Shown: positions 23,514-34,732 of the stretch, in pieces
Position numbering within the stretch: the stretch's first letter is position 1
How the letters are laid out: each line of letters begins with the position of its first letter
Source of the DNA: Escherichia coli
Lineage (GTDB): Bacteria > Pseudomonadota > Gammaproteobacteria > Enterobacterales > Enterobacteriaceae
Reading direction: 5' to 3' (one strand)
Assembly: GCF_045037415.1 (NCBI RefSeq)
Contig: NZ_CP173438.1
Length of the DNA: 64,000 bases
Made by a program: the position numbers and the translations under genes
The notes under the pieces: generated by a model
Databases searched by the model: none
Seen by the model: the letters and a program-made list of their open reading frames with translations, nothing else
Told to the model about the DNA's origin: nothing

Positions 23514-24653
23514 TTAGTACAGAGAGTGGGTGTTACGTTCAATATCTTCTTTGGTGATACGACCGAACATTTTCCAGTAACACCAGGCGGTGTAGAGCAG
23601 AATGATCGGTACCAGAACCACCGCAACCCAGGTCATGACGTTAAGCGTCAGCTGGCTGGAAGTTGCATCCCACATTGTCAGACTTGCGTTCATCATGGTG
23701 CTGGACGGCATCACAAACGGGAACATTGCGATACCGGCAGTCAGGATGATGCAGGCCAGCGTCAGGGAGGAGAAAACAAACGCCCACGCGGCTTTATCCA
23801 TACGTGCAGTCAGGATGGTCAGCAGCGGCAGAACCACACCCAGTGCCGGAATAGCCCACAGAATTGGCGTGTTGTTGAAGTTAACCAGCCATGCGCCAGC
23901 TTCACGAACCACTTCTTTATTCAGCGGGTTAGAGGCTGCGTAATGGTCCATTGTCGATTTCACGACATAACCATCGATACCGTACATCACCCATACGCCA
24001 GCCAGTGCGAAGCAGACCAGCGTCACCAGTGCCGCCACCTGAGCCGTTGCACGGGTACGCAGGTGCAGTTCGCCCACGGTACGCATTTGCAGATAGGTTG
24101 CGCCCTGAGTAATGATCATCCCTACGCTCACCACACCTGCCAGCAGGCCGAACGGGTTAAGCAGCTGGAAGAAGTTACCGGTGTAGTACAGACGCAGATA
24201 TTCATCAACGTTGAATGGTACGCCCTGCAACAGGTTACCGAACGCTACACCAATCACCAGCGGCGGAACGAAGCTACCAATGAAGATGCCCCAGTCCCAC
24301 ATGTTACGCCAGCGGGTTTCTTCAATCTTGGAGCGGTAGTCAAAACCGACCGGACGGAAGAACAAAGACGCCAGTACGAGGATCATCGCCACATAGAAGC
24401 CGGAGAACGCAGCGGCATAGACCATCGGCCAGGCAGCAAACAGTGCACCGCCTGCGGTGATCAGCCAAACCTGGTTACCGTCCCAGTGTGGTGCGATGGA
24501 GTTAATCATAATTCGACGCTCGGTGTCGTTACGACCGAGGAAACGGGTGAGCATGCCCACCCCCATGTCGAAACCGTCAGTGACTGCAAAACCAATCAGC
24601 AGAACGCCAACCAGCAGCCACCAGATAAAACGCAATACTTCATAATCGATCAT
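23514..24653 (-). CDS. cydB: cytochrome bd-I oxidase subunit II
   Basis: 379 aa polytopic membrane protein. Confidence 0.97.
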   Translation of the reverse strand: MIDYEVLRFIWWLLVGVLLIGFAVTDGFDMGVGMLTRFLGRNDTERRIMINSIAPHWDGNQVWLITAGGALFAAWPMVYAAAFSGFYVAMILVLASLFFRPVGFDYRSKIEETRWRNMWDWGIFIGSFVPPLVIGVAFGNLLQGVPFNVDEYLRLYYTGNFFQLLNPFGLLAGVVSVGMIITQGATYLQMRTVGELHLRTRATAQVAALVTLVCFALAGVWVMYGIDGYVVKSTMDHYAASNPLNKEVVREAGAWLVNFNNTPILWAIPALGVVLPLLTILTARMDKAAWAFVFSSLTLACIILTAGIAMFPFVMPSSTMMNASLTMWDATSSQLTLNVMTWVAVVLVPIILLYTAWCYWKMFGRITKEDIERNTHSLY

Positions 24654-24668
24654 TTGACGACTCCTGTC

Positions 24669-26237
24669 TTAGCGTGCCGGCTGAGTAGTCGTGGAAGACT
24701 GCTCAAAGTGATAGCGACCGGTTTTCAGGCTGCTTGGGCCGAGGCGTGCAAACTTGAACATTAAGAACAATTCTGCCACCAGGAACAGGGTATACAGGCC
24801 GCAAATCAGCACCATTGAGAAGATGAGATCGCCTGCGGTCAGTGACGAGTTCGCCACAGCTGTCGGCAGCACTTCACCGATAGCCCACGGTTGGCGGCCA
24901 TATTCAGCCACGAACCAGCCCGCTTCTACAGCAATCCACGGCAGCGGAATACCGTACAGCGCGGCGCGCAGCAGCCATTTTTTCTCGCCAATGCGGTTGC
25001 GGATGACACTCCAGAAAGAGAGCGCAATGATTGCCAGCAGCAGGAAGCCACACGCCACCATGATACGGAACGCGAAGTACAGCGGCGCTACACGCGGAAT
25101 GGAGTCTTTGGTTGCCTGTTGAATCTGAGCTTCAGTCGCATCAGCCACGTTTGGCGTATAGCGTTTCAGCAGCAGACCGTAACCGAGATCTTTCTTCATG
25201 CTATTGAACTGGTCACGAACGGCCTGGTCAGTAGAACCAGAACGCAGTTGTTCGAGCAGAGAGTACGCCTTCATCCCGTTACGAATGCGTTCTTCATGCT
25301 GCACCATCAGTTCTTTCAGACCGATAACTGGAGTATCCACGGAACGCGTTGCAATGATGCCCAGCGCGTAAGGGATCTGGATCGCAAATTTGTTCGTCTC
25401 CTCTTCCTGATCAGGAATGCCGAACAGAGTAAAGGCAGCAGGTGCAGGTTGCGTTTCCCACTCGGCTTCAATAGCAGCCAGTTTGGTTTTCTGCACGTCG
25501 CCCATTTCGTAGCCGGATTCATCACCCAGAACAATAACAGACAGAACGGCAGCCATACCGAAGCTGGCAGCGATAGCAAAGGAGCGTTTAGCGAAGGCGA
25601 AGTCACGACCTTTCAGCATATACCATGCGCTGATACCGAGGATGAACATCGCGCCAGTCACATAACCAGAAGCTACGGTGTGAACGAATTTCACCTGAGC
25701 AACCGGGTTAAGCACCAGCTCGGAGAAGCTCACCATCTCCATACGCATAGTTTCAAAGTTGAAATCGGACGCGATTGGGTTTTGCATCCAGCCGTTTGCA
25801 ACCAGAATCCACAGTGCGGACAGGTTTGAACCGAGCGCCACCAGCCAGGTGACACACATATGCTGAACTTTACCCAGACGATCCCAACCGAAGAAGAACA
25901 GACCTACAAAGGTGGATTCGAGGAAGAAGGCCATCAGACCTTCGATTGCCAGCGGCGCACCGAAGATATCCCCTACATAGTGGGAATAGTAAGACCAGTT
26001 AGTCCCGAACTGGAACTCCATGGTCAGACCGGTAGCCACACCCAGAGCAAAGTTGATACCAAACAACTTGCCCCAGAACTTGGTCATATCTTTATAAATC
26101 TGTTTGCCGGAAAGGACGTAGACCGTTTCCATAATGGCCAGCAGGAACGCCATACCGAGCGTCAGTGGCACAAAAAGGAAGTGGTACATCGCGGTCAAGG
26201 CAAACTGTAAGCGCGACAGTTCGACTATATCTAACAT
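24669..26237 (-). CDS. cydA: cytochrome bd-I oxidase subunit I
   Basis: 522 aa starting [19 protein letters not shown]. Confidence 0.97.
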
Positions 26238-26522
26238 CATGACTCCTTGCTCATCGCATGAAGACTCCGAGAGTGAACCCCGTTAGAAAGGGTCACACGC
26301 ATGCCCCAATACAAAATTATTTGCTCGCCTCTATCGTTGCCATTTCATCAAAAGAAGAAAAGACAATGATAAAAAAGTTACAAATATGTTAATGAATAAA
26401 CCAAATTTATCCCGTAATTATATTACGCTGCAAAATCCTTACAATAAACAGGTTTTTATTGAGCAAATTTGCATTTTTCGACAGTGATCAATTTATAGCG
26501 AAATTGTCACGATCCCACCAAT

Positions 26523-26536
26523 TTGATCTACAACAA
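26523..26536. promoter_or_regulatory. FNR-like half-palindrome in cydA upstream region
   Basis: TTGATCTACAACAA, partial match to TTGAT-N4-ATCAA, about 290 bp upstream of the cydA start. Confidence 0.4.
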
Positions 26537-26574
26537 TTTATCGTGTTTTGCAGATTTTTTTCAAGAATTAAAAA

Positions 26575-26588
26575 TTGATTTATATCAA
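26575..26588. promoter_or_regulatory. FNR binding site in cydA upstream region
   Basis: TTGATTTATATCAA, perfect TTGAT-N4-ATCAA, about 340 bp upstream of the cydA start. Confidence 0.6.
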
Positions 26589-27744
26589 AATCAATCAGAT
26601 ATGTTAACCGCTCGTAAATCATGAATCATTGATGGGTTTGTTGTTAATAAATTGTAGCAAAATAACACAGTAAAACTACCCACATGGAAATATATAGATA
26701 AAAAACCAGTATTTTATTTAACAGAACCGCCTTATCGACTTTTTATAATACTAGTTAGTTAGAGTAGCTACTTTGTTGCCATTTTACATAACATATTTTT
26801 ATCAACGTTAATTGATTGTTGTCTTTATGAGCAACGTACTGTAAATCCGTCACTTATTGTTTCATTGGTAATAATCACAAGAAGAAATAGATACCTTAGG
26901 TATAGTCAGATGGAACAAGGATTTTCAAAATAAATTTATATGGTATTAATATTTCCCGATCTGTATTCAATGATTCGCTCAAAGATTGAAAATCAAGAGA
27001 AATTGTTATAGCAGTGATACGAGACAACAAAACGGAATGATTGCCAGCCGTTAGAAAACACCGGACACTCTCGTGTAAAAAGCTACCCTGTCTATGGATA
27101 TAGCGATATCGACTCATCAAGCGTGGACTGAATGATATTCAGCTCCATATGGGCGGCAACCTGGAGGATAAACATGATTTCGCCGTTGGAATCAAGGTTG
27201 TTCTGCAATATCTACCAGACTGCTTCAATTTATCTGTTTTGGAAGTGCAATAATCTTAATTTAACTATTTGAAGATGATGATATTGTCAGATGCCAGAAA
27301 TTTAGTAATCTGGAGAACCGTGTCTATGATCACTAAATATTAAAGTAATAGTCGTCAGTAACACATCGAGTGATATAACGTATTGACACCTAATCATATA
27401 AAAACAGATCGTAATTAAGCAGCATAAGAATATGTCTTATTATCATTAAAATACATTCTATTTCCATCATCCTTAAGATAATAAAACAGTGAGTGATGGA
27501 TAATTTCACCCCAAAAAAAAGCAAGCATATAAAATTAAAAAACATGACTCCACTTTCATTTTTATGAAATGGCATCGTGAAGAGGCGCCAGCCAATTATA
27601 AAGATCTTGCTCCTCAAAAAATGAAACAACTCAGCCTGAGATAATATTTTTGACCGAAGTTAACATTAAAAATGGTTAATAGTTTGCGCCTCTCACACAG
27701 GTCCAGGCAACTGCGTAACAGGCAAATCAAATTTTCGTAAACAG

Positions 27745-27770
27745 TGGGCATCATCAGATGCCCACAAAAT
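27745..27770 (-). terminator. hairpin downstream of the TPR-protein gene
   Basis: perfect 9-bp stem GTGGGCATC-tgat-GATGCCCAC just 3' of the stop; weak T tract. Confidence 0.45.
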
Positions 27771-27779
27771 ACAGCTGAT

Positions 27780-28973
27780 TTACATTTTCGTCTTTACACG
27801 TGCAATAGCTTCTTCATAAGAAGGCTTATTTTTTTCCGTATACGCCAGTTGATAATGCTGCAATGCTTCAGCATTCTGGCCCGAGGTTTCATAAATTTTG
27901 GCAATGTTATAATAGGAGTTGGCGCGCGTTGTCGCCGCATTTACCCCACTCGCTAACGAGATCGCTTTACGATTTGCCCAAATTGCTTCCGCTATGTTGC
28001 CATTTTTCTGATACGCCAGACCCAGGTTACTAAATGCCTGTCCGTAATTGCCGTCTAATTCTGTTGCCTGTTGGAAGAGTTGAATGGCTTGCTCAAGTTG
28101 ACCGGTTTTATAAACAGCTTCACCTTCGCGATTATATTTTCTTGCCAGTTGAGTATCTCCACTGTTTTGCATCGCAGGCGAAGCCGGAGCTGAAGAGTCC
28201 GTCGCAGGCATTATCACAGTGGCTAAATCCCTGACGTCTAATGTGGTGCCGTTAAAATTGGCGCTGGTAACAGAGTTGATATCTTCAAACTCGCCGTTTG
28301 GATTGAGTTTAAACACGGTCCAGATGTTCCCTCGTTTTCCTGCAGGGACACTATAACTACGTACCAGGGAGCTCCCTACATAAACAAACACTTTTGCCTT
28401 ACTGGCAGAGAGATAATTACTGTTGGGCAGCCCTTTATTGCTATAGTCCTGCACGGCATAGATGTAACTTTCACCAAAATGCTTTTTGCTGATAGTGACA
28501 GTTTCTGGTCCATAGCTATCCGTATCATCAACATCCAGATTGGCATCAGTTCCCTCTTTACTATCAAAATAGATATGTCCGCCAGGGAAGATCAAATGCG
28601 AATCAAGATCAAAAGGCTTTTCGCCCCAGCTCAAAACTACACGCATGCCATCCAGATTCGTCATCACCGGACTGATAGCATAAGTCATGCCAGCGCACGG
28701 ACATTTGACCACCAGATTGGAATACCCCTCTTTTTTGACGATTAATAGAGCATCTTTATTATCAGCAAATGAAGTCCCCAAACTAATGCTGCCCGAAGTA
28801 TTTGTGATACCAGAAACAGATTGTGCACCATTGCGTTGCAGCGTCACCGATGCCCCTTCAATGCGTTTATCTTTCACTGTCGCACTTAAAATATCAATGC
28901 TTACATCGGCGGCATAAGCACCTGCATTCATGCCCAACAGCGCGAGAGCAACTGGCAAAACAATTTTCTTCAT
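27780..28973 (-). CDS. secreted protein with C-terminal TPR repeats (accessory; not in K-12 as I recall)
   Basis: 397-aa ORF; Sec signal peptide MKKIVLPVALALLGMNAGAYA; C-terminal TPR-like repeats; AGGA RBS; visibly lower GC than flanking core genes. Confidence 0.75.
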   Translation of the reverse strand: MKKIVLPVALALLGMNAGAYAADVSIDILSATVKDKRIEGASVTLQRNGAQSVSGITNTSGSISLGTSFADNKDALLIVKKEGYSNLVVKCPCAGMTYAISPVMTNLDGMRVVLSWGEKPFDLDSHLIFPGGHIYFDSKEGTDANLDVDDTDSYGPETVTISKKHFGESYIYAVQDYSNKGLPNSNYLSASKAKVFVYVGSSLVRSYSVPAGKRGNIWTVFKLNPNGEFEDINSVTSANFNGTTLDVRDLATVIMPATDSSAPASPAMQNSGDTQLARKYNREGEAVYKTGQLEQAIQLFQQATELDGNYGQAFSNLGLAYQKNGNIAEAIWANRKAISLASGVNAATTRANSYYNIAKIYETSGQNAEALQHYQLAYTEKNKPSYEEAIARVKTKM

Positions 28974-29092
28974 GTATAAATCCTTTTTTTAATGAATGTA
29001 AGGTGGAAATTTCCCAGTTATTATTATCGTGTTAAAAGGTGAAAAAAAAGAAATAAGTACACTTTTCAGATTAACACCCACTCACCTTGAAA

Positions 29093-29116
29093 CAAAAAGG
29101 CCATCCGGAGATGACC
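29093..29116 (-). terminator. rho-independent terminator of the mngAB operon
   Basis: minus strand GGTCATC-tccg-GATGGCC followed by TTTTT, 55 nt after the mngB stop. Confidence 0.6.
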
Positions 29117-29170
29117 TGAACTTTCTGAGAAACGCTGTTTTTTCATGTGGTTTGCTTTATTACACACCAT

Positions 29171-31804
29171 TCAGACTATTCGGTAGCTAAATGTCCGCGA
29201 CTGTCCCGGTAAAAAGAGAGCTAATTCTTTTAAAACCTCATTTTTTTCTGTATTAAAGCGTTCATTCATCATGGTTTCTGTACACGTCATCACCTTCCTG
29301 CTAAACGCGACGGTCGCATCACAGCTTGTCAATTCAGCCGGATTAAACAGCCGCAATATTAATTCCTGTCTGTCTTCTGCTTTTTTTAGCGCGCTGATCA
29401 GACATCCCACTGGTGGCATTTTCAGCAAACTATAGCTTTCCGGCACATTGAATTTGGCTTTATTAAGCTTCATCGCATCCCACGGGATTTTGTTATAACA
29501 CTGAACTGGCGTCAGCCATGCGCGTGCCTGCTGGGCTACACCGGCAGTTACGGGAGTACCGATATAACTAAATAAACTCAGACGACAGGAAAATGATCCG
29601 CGTAATTGTGAATCGGACACAGGCATTTTAATTCCTGAAGGACGCCCTGGCCTTAAAAGTAAATCTTCTTTTCCCAGTAATCCCACACCACGCAACAACG
29701 TAATAGCAAAGGTTTTATTCTCTTCTCCAATGACTTCAAATTCACGTAATCCTTCGCTAAAAACGGCTATGCCGTTACGCCCTTCCTGTAAGACAGCATA
29801 GTTGAGCATATTCCATACCGGAACCGGCGCTTCTTTCCAGCCTTCTTGCTGCCAGACATTCATTGCGCAATCCTTCACTGGCCGCGTCAATGAACCAAAC
29901 TGCGTATCCGCAAGAACAACATCTGTGTTAAAAGGCGTGGGAATCAATACACGAATACGGTGATCATCGGCCTGGTTATCAAGATTAATATCCGCATCAA
30001 TGCGTCTGCTGTTATGGCTAAGAGTGATCACCGTCTCCACCCCTACCCTGCCAGAACATTGCTTTGCGCGACGCTCTGACAGATTACGCGGCACCGCTAT
30101 TTCATAGCGAATTATGGCCCTACTCTGCCAGGCTTCATGAATAATATCGTATTGCGGTTTCGCATTCGCTGAGGTAATGGCCCACTCTTCTTTTGCTGGC
30201 GAATAATCATATTCATCCCCATCATCGGAACCTTCTTCAATTTGAAACACCCGGTCATAGCGCACGCCACTATCTTTATCAACCAGACGAAGTGAACCAT
30301 CCTCATTGAGTGCAATTTGCCAGAAAGCATTTTCCAGTATTCCCTCTGTTTTACTTTTTGGCGTGACCACATTGCCAAGCTGATTCGCTTCTATATAGAG
30401 CGTGCGATACCCCATAGAAGGGACAATTTGGCTGATCTGAATATCAAACTCCATAAAGGGATCATAATTGCCGTAATGAACTATTTGCCGATCAATAAGG
30501 CCGGGATCGATCTCACGGGCATGTCGAATAAAATATGGCACAGGCTGACCGCGACCGTCTCGCAAATTAAACTGGCTACCGCGCAGTCGAACAGTTGTGT
30601 TGATAACTTCTTCACGCGGCCAGGGCATCAGGTTAAACAGGACGAGTTTGTCGGCGTCGCTCTGCGGCATGTTGTCTGCTATTTTGCGCATATAGAACCG
30701 AATTAGATTATCCGCCATGTCTTCTGCCAGTTCGAAGCGGGCGACAATCTCGCGATGAACTTTATCACTGCAGCAGCAGCCGATGCTGTCATGGGCGTGG
30801 TTTTTTAAAATTTCTTTCCACATCTTCTCCAGCAAGCCGTGGTGATAATCAAAACCTAAAGTCCAGGCCAGCGTTGCCAACGGTTCCAGCAGATTAACAA
30901 TCTTATTTTCAATGCGTGCGTGGGCAATTTTGATATCCATGCGCGTGGAACCGATGGTGCGATGCACGCGCATATATTTGCCATCGATGAATTCACCTTT
31001 CAGGATGGCCAGACTTTCACGCTGCGCTTCAATCTGCTCGAATACCTCTTCAAAGCGGCTCATCACAAACTTTCGTTGAGGATAAATTTCGCGCAGTTTC
31101 TCCATCACTTCGAAGATATTTTGCTGCAAGGGCATCTGGTCATGACCATTCGGCAATAAAATTTCTTTGGTTACTGACGCTTTTTCCAGCACGTCAAAAT
31201 AACTGTCGAGGCGTTTACGTAATCCATTTTCGTCCGCAGGTAAGTACTTACCGATGGCGTAGCCCAGCGGCAGCACCTGCGCCGTCACTTCGCTACCGTC
31301 ACTGCTTTGCCACAAAAACTCGGTTTTATCAGTACCGTGGCGCTCAGAACATCCGCGCCAGAACATGGTGCGGGTAATGCCAAATCCATTGTATATATGT
31401 GGCAGTTGCCCGGACATGCCAAAGGAATCCGGTAAATAACCTATTTTCATCGGCTCGCCAAACGCGAGGCAGTCACGCATTCCGTACATCAGATTACGGA
31501 CTATGGATTCAGCAGAAACAATCGTGGTATCGGTCTGGGTATACCAGGGACCGATAATTAATTTCCCGCCCTCGACCAACTTCTTCACACGATCTTTGTT
31601 CTCCGGTTTGACAGCGAAATAATCTTCGAGGATCGCCGTTTGCCCGTCGAGTACGTAATATTTGTATTCGTTGTCCTGTTCCAGTCTGCACAGGATCTCT
31701 TCCATATTATTGACCAGCAGAATGCGAGACTCTTCTGTGGTGAAATACCACTCCCGATCCCAGTGCATATGCGGGGTGATGTGAACGCGAGATACCGCTT
31801 TCAT
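29171..31804 (-). CDS. mngB: alpha-mannosidase (GH38)
   Basis: 877 aa; position downstream of mngA. Confidence 0.93.
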   Translation of the reverse strand: MKAVSRVHITPHMHWDREWYFTTEESRILLVNNMEEILCRLEQDNEYKYYVLDGQTAILEDYFAVKPENKDRVKKLVEGGKLIIGPWYTQTDTTIVSAESIVRNLMYGMRDCLAFGEPMKIGYLPDSFGMSGQLPHIYNGFGITRTMFWRGCSERHGTDKTEFLWQSSDGSEVTAQVLPLGYAIGKYLPADENGLRKRLDSYFDVLEKASVTKEILLPNGHDQMPLQQNIFEVMEKLREIYPQRKFVMSRFEEVFEQIEAQRESLAILKGEFIDGKYMRVHRTIGSTRMDIKIAHARIENKIVNLLEPLATLAWTLGFDYHHGLLEKMWKEILKNHAHDSIGCCCSDKVHREIVARFELAEDMADNLIRFYMRKIADNMPQSDADKLVLFNLMPWPREEVINTTVRLRGSQFNLRDGRGQPVPYFIRHAREIDPGLIDRQIVHYGNYDPFMEFDIQISQIVPSMGYRTLYIEANQLGNVVTPKSKTEGILENAFWQIALNEDGSLRLVDKDSGVRYDRVFQIEEGSDDGDEYDYSPAKEEWAITSANAKPQYDIIHEAWQSRAIIRYEIAVPRNLSERRAKQCSGRVGVETVITLSHNSRRIDADINLDNQADDHRIRVLIPTPFNTDVVLADTQFGSLTRPVKDCAMNVWQQEGWKEAPVPVWNMLNYAVLQEGRNGIAVFSEGLREFEVIGEENKTFAITLLRGVGLLGKEDLLLRPGRPSGIKMPVSDSQLRGSFSCRLSLFSYIGTPVTAGVAQQARAWLTPVQCYNKIPWDAMKLNKAKFNVPESYSLLKMPPVGCLISALKKAEDRQELILRLFNPAELTSCDATVAFSRKVMTCTETMMNERFNTEKNEVLKELALFLPGQSRTFSYRIV

Positions 31805-31821
31805 CGTCGTTTCCTTTTTGT

Positions 31822-33792
31822 TTATGGCATTACGCCATCAGTCAGATAGTTTCCATGCTTTACCGCATGATGCCGCCAGATCAGGAGAATTGCAGTCGAG
31901 ATTGCAGCCCCCACCAACGCCGCACCAAACCAACCAATTGCCGCCATAACACCACCCGCGCCATTATCATGAAGTAAAAAGAGCGAGAAAATGCCGGCAC
32001 CGGGTGTCGAAAGGCCGATATTCATCGCACCGACGATAGCGCCCGTTACCATAGATCCCAGCACAAACGAACCAATAACCCGCAGCGGATCTTCAATCGC
32101 CATCGGGATCGCCCCTTCGGTGATACCTGCCAATCCTAACAGCCAGGTGGATTTCCCGGTTTCAATTTCAAACTCTTTAAACAGGCGCGGTGCGAGCATC
32201 GTGGAAGCGGTTACGGTAAATGCCGAAACCATTTTGACGGAGGCGAAAATGGCATACGGGCCGTAAACGCCGTTCGCCATTGCCCCCAGACAGAATGCAT
32301 AAGCGGCTTTGTTCACTGGCCCACCAAGGTCAAAGGAACACATAAAACCGAGAATGGCGCCCAACAACAGTGCGTTATTTCCTGACAGACCGTTCAGCCA
32401 GGCGGTAAGCGAGTTATTGATCCATGCGACAGGTTCCCCTACTACAAACAGCATCAGACTACCCGCCCCCAACGTACCGAGCACCGGGTAGAGATAGAAA
32501 GTCAGGAATCCGTTGAATTTACTGCTAAGACGTAGATGATTTTTCACCCAGCGCATCAGATAACCGGCTATCAATCCGCCAACGACCGCGCCGAGAAACC
32601 CGGAACCAATCATGTTGGCGGCAAGCCCTGCCGCAAAGCCTGGCGCTAACGCCGGTTTATCAGCCAGTGAATAGGCGGTATAGGCTGCGAGCACCGGTAC
32701 CATCAAAATCCCGAGCATCCCGCCGCCCAGCTTGCGGTACATCCACAACCAGGAGTTTTCTTCATTAAACAAATCTTGTAGCCCGAAGATTTGCGACAGT
32801 AATACCGCGACCGCCAGCACCGTGCCACCCGCGACAATCAGCGGCACGGCGAAAGAGATCCCGCTCAACAGTGCCTGCTTCAGCTCCGTTTTGACACTTT
32901 TCACCGGTTGCGTATCTTGCTGTACGGTACGCGTCTCATCGCTACGCTTGAGGGTAAGCGCTTGTTGAATCAACGCTTCTGCATGGCGAATCGGCTCGGC
33001 AACAGGCACAGAAAGCGCGGGAATGCCGTTAAAACGCTCGCTCTCCTTGATAGCGACTTCCGCCGCAAAAATACAGGCGGTTGCACTATTGAGTTGCTCC
33101 GCCGTTAAACGCTCTTCAATGCCGTTAGCACCTTGCTTTTCAACGTAGATATTCACGCCGAGTTTGCGTCCGGCTTTTTCCAGATATTCCGCAGCCATGT
33201 AGGTGTGAGCAATACCCGCCGGGCAGGCCGTTACGCAGACGATAGTTGGCGCATAAGAAAAAGAGGCAGTATGTTGCGCGTCCCCCTTGTCATCCAGCGC
33301 CGAGAGCAATTCATCGGGCGTCGTTGCCGACTGAATACGCGCCCTGAGCTCATCATCCGCCAGGCGCGTGGTCAGCGCGGTAAGCAGTTTCATATGCGTA
33401 GTACCTGCTTCATTGGGAGGAATGGCCAGCAATACCACTAAATCAACCGCTTCCGGGCCATCCACGCCTTCCCACTGAAGCGGCTCGCTGAGTGTGGCGA
33501 CCGCAAACGCCGCTTCTTTTACCGCAGCAGTTTTGCCATGCGGCACGGCCAGCCCTTCACCTAAGGCGGTCGGGCCGAGGCTTTCACGGCAATACACTTC
33601 TTCCAGAAATTGCTCAGTACTGGAAATTTTCCCCAGAGCAGCAAGACGTTGAGTCAACGCGTGGATGGCCTCTTCACGGCTGGTAAAGCGCACATTCAGA
33701 CACAGCGCATCGCGGTGGGTCAGAGTCGTCAGGTTCATCATGGTTCTCACTTGATCATTTTTATAGTCGCGCAAGTGTGCCTGATAAAACAA
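31822..33792 (-). CDS. mngA: PTS 2-O-alpha-mannosyl-D-glycerate EIIABC component
   Basis: 656-aa ORF with PTS EIIA/EIIB/EIIC regions; exact start uncertain. Confidence 0.88.
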   Translation of the reverse strand: MFYQAHLRDYKNDQVRTMMNLTTLTHRDALCLNVRFTSREEAIHALTQRLAALGKISSTEQFLEEVYCRESLGPTALGEGLAVPHGKTAAVKEAAFAVATLSEPLQWEGVDGPEAVDLVVLLAIPPNEAGTTHMKLLTALTTRLADDELRARIQSATTPDELLSALDDKGDAQHTASFSYAPTIVCVTACPAGIAHTYMAAEYLEKAGRKLGVNIYVEKQGANGIEERLTAEQLNSATACIFAAEVAIKESERFNGIPALSVPVAEPIRHAEALIQQALTLKRSDETRTVQQDTQPVKSVKTELKQALLSGISFAVPLIVAGGTVLAVAVLLSQIFGLQDLFNEENSWLWMYRKLGGGMLGILMVPVLAAYTAYSLADKPALAPGFAAGLAANMIGSGFLGAVVGGLIAGYLMRWVKNHLRLSSKFNGFLTFYLYPVLGTLGAGSLMLFVVGEPVAWINNSLTAWLNGLSGNNALLLGAILGFMCSFDLGGPVNKAAYAFCLGAMANGVYGPYAIFASVKMVSAFTVTASTMLAPRLFKEFEIETGKSTWLLGLAGITEGAIPMAIEDPLRVIGSFVLGSMVTGAIVGAMNIGLSTPGAGIFSLFLLHDNGAGGVMAAIGWFGAALVGAAISTAILLIWRHHAVKHGNYLTDGVMP

Positions 33793-33815
33793 TACATTTA
33801 CGTGATCACTTTCAC

Positions 33816-33859
33816 TTACAAGATACTATTTGTATTAAATTTGTATTATTTACAAGATG
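33816..33859. promoter_or_regulatory. candidate operator repeats in the mngR-mngA divergent promoter
   Basis: TTACAAGAT at 33816 and 33850; TTTGTATTA at 33829 and 33840. Confidence 0.4.
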
Positions 33860-33906
33860 AATTTATCGAGCATAATGGCTAAATTCGTATTAATGAGATA
33901 CTAGAA

Positions 33907-34629
33907 ATGGGACACAAACCCTTATACCGGCAGATTGCCGATCGCATTCGTGAGCAGATTACGTGCGGCGAGCTAAAACCTGGCGATGCGTTACCCACTG
34001 AATCGGCATTACAAACAGAGTTTGGCGTCAGCCGGGTTACGGTGCGCCAGGCTTTGCGCCAGTTAGTCGAGCAGCAGATCCTCGAAAGCATCCAGGGCAG
34101 CGGGACTTACGTCAAAGAAGAGCGGGTCAATTACGATATTTTTCAGTTAACCAGTTTTGATGAAAAACTGTCGGACCGTCACGTCGAAACACATAGTGAA
34201 GTCCTGATATTTGAAGTAATTCCGGCTGACAATTTTCTTCAGCAGCAGCTGCAAATTAGCGAGCAGGATCGTGTGTGGCATGTGAAGCGCGTGCGCTATC
34301 GCAAGCAAAAGCCGGTGGCGCTGGAAGAAACCTGGATGCCGCTTGCATTATTCCCGGATCTCACCTGGCAGGTCATGGAAAATTCGAAATATCACTTTAT
34401 TGAAGAAGTGAAGAAGATGGTTATCGATCGTAGCGAACAGGAGATAATTCCCCTGATGCCCACGGAAGAGATGAGCCGTCTGCTTAATATCAGCCAGACT
34501 AAGCCGATTCTTGAAAAAGTATCGCGTGGATATTTAGTTGATGGCCAGGTGTTTGAATATAGCCGCAACGCTTTTAATACTGATGACTATAAATTTACCC
34601 TGATAGCGCAGCGAAAATCGCCGCGATAA
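33907..34629 (+). CDS. mngR: GntR/HutC-family transcriptional repressor
   Basis: 240 aa; N-terminal winged HTH, C-terminal UTRA domain. Confidence 0.93.
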   Translation: MGHKPLYRQIADRIREQITCGELKPGDALPTESALQTEFGVSRVTVRQALRQLVEQQILESIQGSGTYVKEERVNYDIFQLTSFDEKLSDRHVETHSEVLIFEVIPADNFLQQQLQISEQDRVWHVKRVRYRKQKPVALEETWMPLALFPDLTWQVMENSKYHFIEEVKKMVIDRSEQEIIPLMPTEEMSRLLNISQTKPILEKVSRGYLVDGQVFEYSRNAFNTDDYKFTLIAQRKSPR

Positions 34630-34631
34630 GC

Positions 34632-34732
34632 ATAAAAAAGGCCATCATAAGATGGCCAACCATGTCGAAACCGACAGCCCTTCGCCCTTCCTGTAGGGGG
34701 AAGCGGCGAGGGCTATTTCTTATTACAGATAT
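34632..34732 (-). ncRNA. sdhX: 3'-UTR-derived sRNA region (SdhX/RybD) with intrinsic terminator
   Basis: about 100 nt after the sucD stop ending in GGCCATC-ttat-GATGGCC plus U-run on the minus strand; matches recalled SdhX locus. Confidence 0.55.

Noticed and set aside
23484-24764. 426-aa ORF on the plus strand
   Set aside because: Antisense to cydB/cydA; composition (His/Gln/Cys/Thr-rich) inconsistent with a real protein.
24891-25829. 312-aa ORF antisense to cydA, and similar long shadow ORFs opposite gpmA (10569-11147), sucC (35932-36663) and gltA (45968-46492)
   Set aside because: All lie wholly within strongly supported genes on the opposite strand and lack independent signals.
26896-27629. 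74-aa and 79-aa ORFs inside the AT-rich tract
   Set aside because: Low-complexity, hydrophobic/Ile-Leu-Phe-rich translations typical of AT-rich DNA; no RBS; treated as non-coding.
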